This document shows positions 56,569 to 60,652 of a stretch of DNA of 60,652 nt, piece by piece. Location of the stretch: positions 1 through 60,652 of the forward strand of contig JAPLLK010000092.1 of NCBI GenBank assembly GCA_026387575.1, read 5' to 3'. The stretch comes from Nitrospirota bacterium. GTDB taxonomy: Bacteria; Nitrospirota; Thermodesulfovibrionia; Thermodesulfovibrionales; UBA1546. The translations under genes and the position numbers were made by a program. Position 1 is the stretch's first letter, and the number at the start of each line of letters is the position of its first letter. The notes below the pieces were generated by a model. That model was not told the DNA's origin. It made no database searches and saw only the letters and a program-made list of their open reading frames with translations.

Positions 56569-57402
56569 CTACCTCCTCGGTTTTTCTTTCAGCATGTCAA
56601 GGAAACTCTGTATGGTAGTCAGCTTCCTCTCGGACTGGGTATACAGTCTTGAAGAAAAAATAGCAGTGGCAGCATGCCCTGCAAGCAGATTAAAAAGCTC
56701 GTAGTCAACATTTGAAAATTTCTCCTTTTGCAGAAGAAGCGAATATATTGCAATAACACCAATCACATGCTCCTTAATCTTTAAGGGGATGCAGACTATG
56801 GGGGTTTCGGTAGAGATACTGCCTCTGTTATGTAGATTATGTATATTCTCAGAAAAATAGCTCTCGCCTTCTTTTGCAGCAGTCCCTATGATACCTTCGC
56901 CAAACCTTACCTTGGGGACATCAGAAATGGATATGCCCTCTGCCCCGACAGGGATAAGCTCGTTTGTTTTCTCTTCTATAAGGAGCACTGAGAATTTCTC
57001 GGCGCCTATGAGGTTTATCACTATTTCAAGGACTATCCTCAGAACTTCATTGAAATCCAGAGTTGAATGCAGCTGGTAACTTGCAACGTAGAGGTTGGCA
57101 AGGTTGTTATTCTCATCTTCAACTTCAACATACTTTGCCGCAAAATCCTTATTTTCTTCCTCAACCTGCCTGAATCTTTCCTTAAGGGAGTTCAGTTCAT
57201 CTTCAGTAAACTTTATCCGCTCTTCATAAAGCCTTATCTTTGCCTCATCGCCTGAACGCTCAATAGCCTCTTCAAGCTGGGCCAGCTTGAACCTCAACCT
57301 CTCATTTTCTTTAAGAATCTCATGGGTAAACTCTTCTCCCTTTCTGAACAGCTGGAGAAACTCATCAGCCTTCTTCCCGATACTTGTTTCTCTTTCCATC
57401 AA
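56569..57402 (-). CDS. coiled-coil + GAF domain protein
   Basis: 277 aa. The N-terminal heptad region is followed by a GAF pattern (...LHSTLDFNEVLRIVLEIVINLIGAEKFSVLLIEE...IGVIAIYS...). Confidence 0.75.
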   Translation of the reverse strand: MMERETSIGKKADEFLQLFRKGEEFTHEILKENERLRFKLAQLEEAIERSGDEAKIRLYEERIKFTEDELNSLKERFRQVEEENKDFAAKYVEVEDENNNLANLYVASYQLHSTLDFNEVLRIVLEIVINLIGAEKFSVLLIEEKTNELIPVGAEGISISDVPKVRFGEGIIGTAAKEGESYFSENIHNLHNRGSISTETPIVCIPLKIKEHVIGVIAIYSLLLQKEKFSNVDYELFNLLAGHAATAIFSSRLYTQSERKLTTIQSFLDMLKEKPRR

Positions 57403-57403
57403 T

Positions 57404-58462
57404 TTACCCTCTGTTAACTATACTTATCAATTCCACCGGTATTTCAGAAAGCGGAAGCACACTGTCTGCTGCTCCTGCGCTTATGACTTCAGCAGGCATT
57501 CCAAAAATCACAGCCGTTTCCTCTGATTCAGCTATAGTATAGCCGCCTTTTGATTTAATTTCCAGCATTCCCTTTTTCCCGTCATTACCCATGCCTGTAA
57601 GAACAACACCCATTGCTCTGTTTCCGTAATATTCTGCGGCAGATGACATCATCACATCAACAGAAGGCACATACTTATCCTCTTTGACAGCATCTTTTAA
57701 CTGCACATGGCATTCGCGCCCTTTTTTCTTAAACATCATATGGTAACCGCCCGGGCATATCAACACCCTCCCATGTTCAATAACATCACCATCTTCCGCT
57801 TCTTTTATTTTAAGCTTAGAGAGCTGGTCCAGCCTTTCAGCAAGAGGCCTTGTAAAACCCTTTGGCATATGCTGACTTATAACTACTGAAGCAGAAAAAT
57901 TCTGAGGAAGCCGTGTAAGGATTATCTGGAGCGCTGCAGGCCCGCCTGTTGACGAGCCTATCGCCACAACTTCTATAGCGCCTATTGCTGAATCAGCTTT
58001 GGCTGGAAGTCCAACAGCGCCGCTCAACAGGCTGAGACTCTTGCTTAACTTATCCATTCTGAGGTTTCTTATGCCCTTTACCTTAGTGAGAAGGTCCTTC
58101 TCTATGCTCTGCAGTTCCACAGATGCCTTCTTTGTCGGTTTTGCAATAAAATCAACAGCGCCCAGTTCAAGCGCCTTGAACACAGTCTTGGTGTCGGAAT
58201 AAGAACTTACCATTATCACAGGGATGGGTTTTTCTTTCATCAGCCATCTCAGGAAACTGAATCCGTCCATGGCAGGCATCTCAAAATCAAGCGTAATAAG
58301 GTCAGGCTTCAGCCTTAATGTCTTTGCCATTGCCTCTATGCCGTCGGACGCTATGCCTATAACCTCAATGCCCTGGTCTGCCTCAAGCATTTTCTTTATC
58401 GTCTGCCTGCTGTAAGCCGAATCATCAACAATAAGAACTTTTATCTTTGGCTCTGCTGTCAT
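57404..58462 (-). CDS. cheB: chemotaxis response regulator protein-glutamate methylesterase
   Basis: 352 aa with a REC domain (VLIVDDS...DFEMPAMDG) and a methylesterase domain (IGSSTGGPAAL, ...GMGNDG...). Confidence 0.9.
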   Translation of the reverse strand: MTAEPKIKVLIVDDSAYSRQTIKKMLEADQGIEVIGIASDGIEAMAKTLRLKPDLITLDFEMPAMDGFSFLRWLMKEKPIPVIMVSSYSDTKTVFKALELGAVDFIAKPTKKASVELQSIEKDLLTKVKGIRNLRMDKLSKSLSLLSGAVGLPAKADSAIGAIEVVAIGSSTGGPAALQIILTRLPQNFSASVVISQHMPKGFTRPLAERLDQLSKLKIKEAEDGDVIEHGRVLICPGGYHMMFKKKGRECHVQLKDAVKEDKYVPSVDVMMSSAAEYYGNRAMGVVLTGMGNDGKKGMLEIKSKGGYTIAESEETAVIFGMPAEVISAGAADSVLPLSEIPVELISIVNRG

Positions 58463-58473
58463 AGTTTTATATT

Positions 58474-59391
58474 TTATTCCCCCCTACGGGTCGTAGACCA
58501 GGCCATTTTCACAAGACTTTCAGATGACATTGATACCGCAAGTTTTGGCGGTTTTTGATAAACCATATCATGTTTGAAGTGCTTAAGCGTAAAGGCTGTA
58601 GAAATATTCATCAACGACTCTGCATGACCAAGCAGCAGATACCTTCCGTCAGTAAGCCTTTCATAAAAACCCTTGATTACCCTCTTTCTCGTCTCCAGAT
58701 CAAAATATATCAGCACATTCCTGCATAATATCACATCTATCTCCCCTGCGAATTTCACTTTGAAAGGGTCAAGAAGGTTAAGGCAGCTGAAATTGACAAG
58801 CCGCCTGACGTTATCGTTTATCTTATACAGGTTATTTTCGCCTGTAAAATATTTTTCTATATAATACTCCTCCGTAGTCCTGAATGAATTCTTTCTGTAT
58901 ATTCCCTTTCTTGCATGCTGCAGCACCCTCTGGTTGATATCGCTGCCGAGTATCTCTATATCCCAGCCTAAAAAAAAACCCTGCTCCAGCACCATCATTG
59001 CAATTGTATAAGGCTCTTCTCCGGTAGAACAGCCTGCAGACCATATCCTTATCTTCTTTGACTCCCTGTTTGTATTCTTAAGTTCAGGCAGTATCTCCTC
59101 GTTCAGCGTTTTCAACTGGCTCATTTCCCTGAAAAAGTAAGTTTCATTTACAGTGAGGACATCTACAATAAAAGAAAGCTCTTCATCTCTTCGCTTATCA
59201 TATAACAGCAGTCTGTAATAATCCCTGAAATCATTCAGATAATGGCTCTTTACTCTCTTGGAGAGTCTTTTCTCCAGAATGTATTTTGAATTATCATCAA
59301 AATACATTCCGCAGTAATCCTTTATCAGGTCTCTTAGAAGCCTGAATACGTCGTCTGACAAGGGAATGCTTTCTTCTGTTTCAAGCATCAA
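58474..59391 (-). CDS. cheR: chemotaxis protein methyltransferase
   Basis: 305 aa with the ETYFFRE and IWSAGCSTGEEPYTIAM SAM-binding motifs. Confidence 0.9.
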   Translation of the reverse strand: MMLETEESIPLSDDVFRLLRDLIKDYCGMYFDDNSKYILEKRLSKRVKSHYLNDFRDYYRLLLYDKRRDEELSFIVDVLTVNETYFFREMSQLKTLNEEILPELKNTNRESKKIRIWSAGCSTGEEPYTIAMMVLEQGFFLGWDIEILGSDINQRVLQHARKGIYRKNSFRTTEEYYIEKYFTGENNLYKINDNVRRLVNFSCLNLLDPFKVKFAGEIDVILCRNVLIYFDLETRKRVIKGFYERLTDGRYLLLGHAESLMNISTAFTLKHFKHDMVYQKPPKLAVSMSSESLVKMAWSTTRRGE

Positions 59392-60616
59392 GGCACTCCT
59401 CCACAGCCTTTCTTACAACAGGGTCTTCTTCTTTATCCAGTAATTTCTCGAGTGCAATCCTCACGCTCCCCGAGCTGCTCGAGCCAAGAACCTCAACGGA
59501 TGCCATTCTTGCAGCCCAATCAGGGTCATTAAGATAGGGCATGATTATGCCTTCAATATTATTGAAGGGAGCAAGCGCTTTTATAGCAGTCCTTTTTATC
59601 TCCTTATCATGAGAAGAAAGCATCTCAACCAATGCGTTCCTTGCCGTTTCACCGCCTATCCTGCTAAGAGCCTCCATAGTGGAAGTCACAACAAATCCAT
59701 TAGGGGCTGAGAGCAAGTTAACAAGCTGCTGCACAGTGGTCTTATCGCCTAACTCACCGAGCGCCTTTACCGCTGCTGCCTTAACCGCATCATCAGGGTC
59801 GGCAAGCAAAAGGAGAAGTGATTCTGATACGCCTTGCCTTTTAATTAAGCCAAGGCTCAATGCCGCAGAAATCCTTATATCTGCATTCTCATCCGTAAGC
59901 GCAAGCTTCAGATATTTTATTGACGCATCTGTTCTTATCATGGACAGCGCCCTGACAACAGCGTGTCTTACCTTGATGTTGTCATCCTTCAGCGCAAAGC
60001 CGATCGAAGGCACAGCCTTAACAGTTCCAATCTCACCAAGCAATAATACAGTATTTTTTCTCAGCACAGGATTCCTGTCGCCAATCATTTTGATTAATTC
60101 ATCTGATGAAATGCCTGCCCTAAGGCGGGATAATGCTGCCACGGCTGCTTCCTGCACATCTTCGTACTCATCGGAGAGCAGTTTTTTTATTTGCTCTACC
60201 GCCCTTAAATCACCTGTCCTTGAGATTCCAAGCGCTGCAAGCGCTCTCACATGCCCGTCGTCGTCTTGCATCAGTCCTTCAAACACATCATAAAAAACAG
60301 GAGAGGCAAGCTCGCCTGCCACATCACATATAAACCTCTGCTGGTAAGGGCTGACCGTATCAAACAAAGACAGAATGACCTCTGGCTTGTTTTTCCCTAT
60401 AAAGACAAGCGCCCTTTTTACGTCCTCCGCCAGATCCTCTTCCAATGAAAGCTCCAGAAGCGGGGCAAGCGCCCTTTCATCTCTCATAATGCCGAGCAGC
60501 AGTATTGCTGAAATTCTCATATCCGCCTTAGCGCTCCATGCATGCGCAACAAGAATATCAATAATGCGGTCACCGAAGAATTTCCTCATTTCTTCCGCAA
60601 TAATTTCTTCTTTCAC
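59381..60616 (-). CDS. HEAT-repeat (PBS-lyase-type) protein
   Basis: At least 411 aa with repeated D..VR.AAV.ALG.IG units. The frame stays open upstream to the window end, so the true start may lie beyond 60652. Confidence 0.8.
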   Translation of the reverse strand: MKEEIIAEEMRKFFGDRIIDILVAHAWSAKADMRISAILLLGIMRDERALAPLLELSLEEDLAEDVKRALVFIGKNKPEVILSLFDTVSPYQQRFICDVAGELASPVFYDVFEGLMQDDDGHVRALAALGISRTGDLRAVEQIKKLLSDEYEDVQEAAVAALSRLRAGISSDELIKMIGDRNPVLRKNTVLLLGEIGTVKAVPSIGFALKDDNIKVRHAVVRALSMIRTDASIKYLKLALTDENADIRISAALSLGLIKRQGVSESLLLLLADPDDAVKAAAVKALGELGDKTTVQQLVNLLSAPNGFVVTSTMEALSRIGGETARNALVEMLSSHDKEIKRTAIKALAPFNNIEGIIMPYLNDPDWAARMASVEVLGSSSSGSVRIALEKLLDKEEDPVVRKAVEECLDA

Positions 60617-60652
60617 CCCATTGTGATAAAAACTTCTTATCGTTCTTACCGC

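Noticed and set aside
724-60626. Many long antisense ORFs inside strong CDSs, for example 724-1104, 4515-5048, 8239-8682, 13541-14113, 28905-29390, 31116-31553, 46252-46806 and 59679-60293
   Set aside because: They overlap genes with clear family signatures on the opposite strand and have low-complexity Ser/Pro/Leu-rich or Cys-rich products typical of shadow frames.

Overview
60.6-kb AT-rich bacterial chromosomal window with anaerobe-type gene content. I cannot assign a taxon from the sequence alone. Positions 1-41.7 kb and 56.2-60.6 kb are mostly ordinary core genes. These include a sulfhydrogenase/AsrAB-like beta-gamma pair with a tandem-GAF protein, pgi, hemL, three paralogous Zn-dependent alcohol dehydrogenases, resB-ccsA, htpX, gcvH-lpdA-eno-ftsB, a GH57 glucan enzyme, dtd, an acyl-CoA dehydrogenase, yacG (below the ORF-track size cutoff), nrdR, glyA-rpiB, a ModE-like regulator with tupABC plus a second divergent TupA, and a HEAT-cheR-cheB-GAF-cheY cluster. 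Accessory insertions in this backbone are a higBA module with small membrane genes, a solitary single-polypeptide Type IIG/IIL restriction-modification gene, a transposase remnant, and an SDR / alpha-oxoamine synthase / acyltransferase lipid-type cluster whose synthase is disrupted. The stand-out is a ~14.3-kb island (41829-56141). It sits between an intact tRNA-Leu(UAA) with a decayed integrase beside it and a 57-nt copy of the tRNA 3' half. All island genes are on the minus strand. They are a WYL regulator, two paralogous coiled-coil/TPR proteins, an HD phosphohydrolase plus a duplicated HD remnant, a DUF262/DUF1524 (GmrSD-type) nuclease, and an operon of small TM protein, DUF4258-like toxin domain, an Hsp70-fold ATPase whose lid is replaced by TPR repeats, and a possibly GrpE-like protein. 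The island also carries a Tat-signal WG-repeat protein and an AT-rich two-gene cassette. Four island transcription units are each preceded by the same 27-bp motif, which I found nowhere else in the window. Two type I-E-like CRISPR repeat copies lie at the distal end of the island with no cas genes in view. The Hsp70-TPR operon together with the WYL/TPR/HD/GmrSD cluster is my best candidate for an undescribed conflict or defence system. All family assignments come from reading motifs by eye and none was checked against a database.
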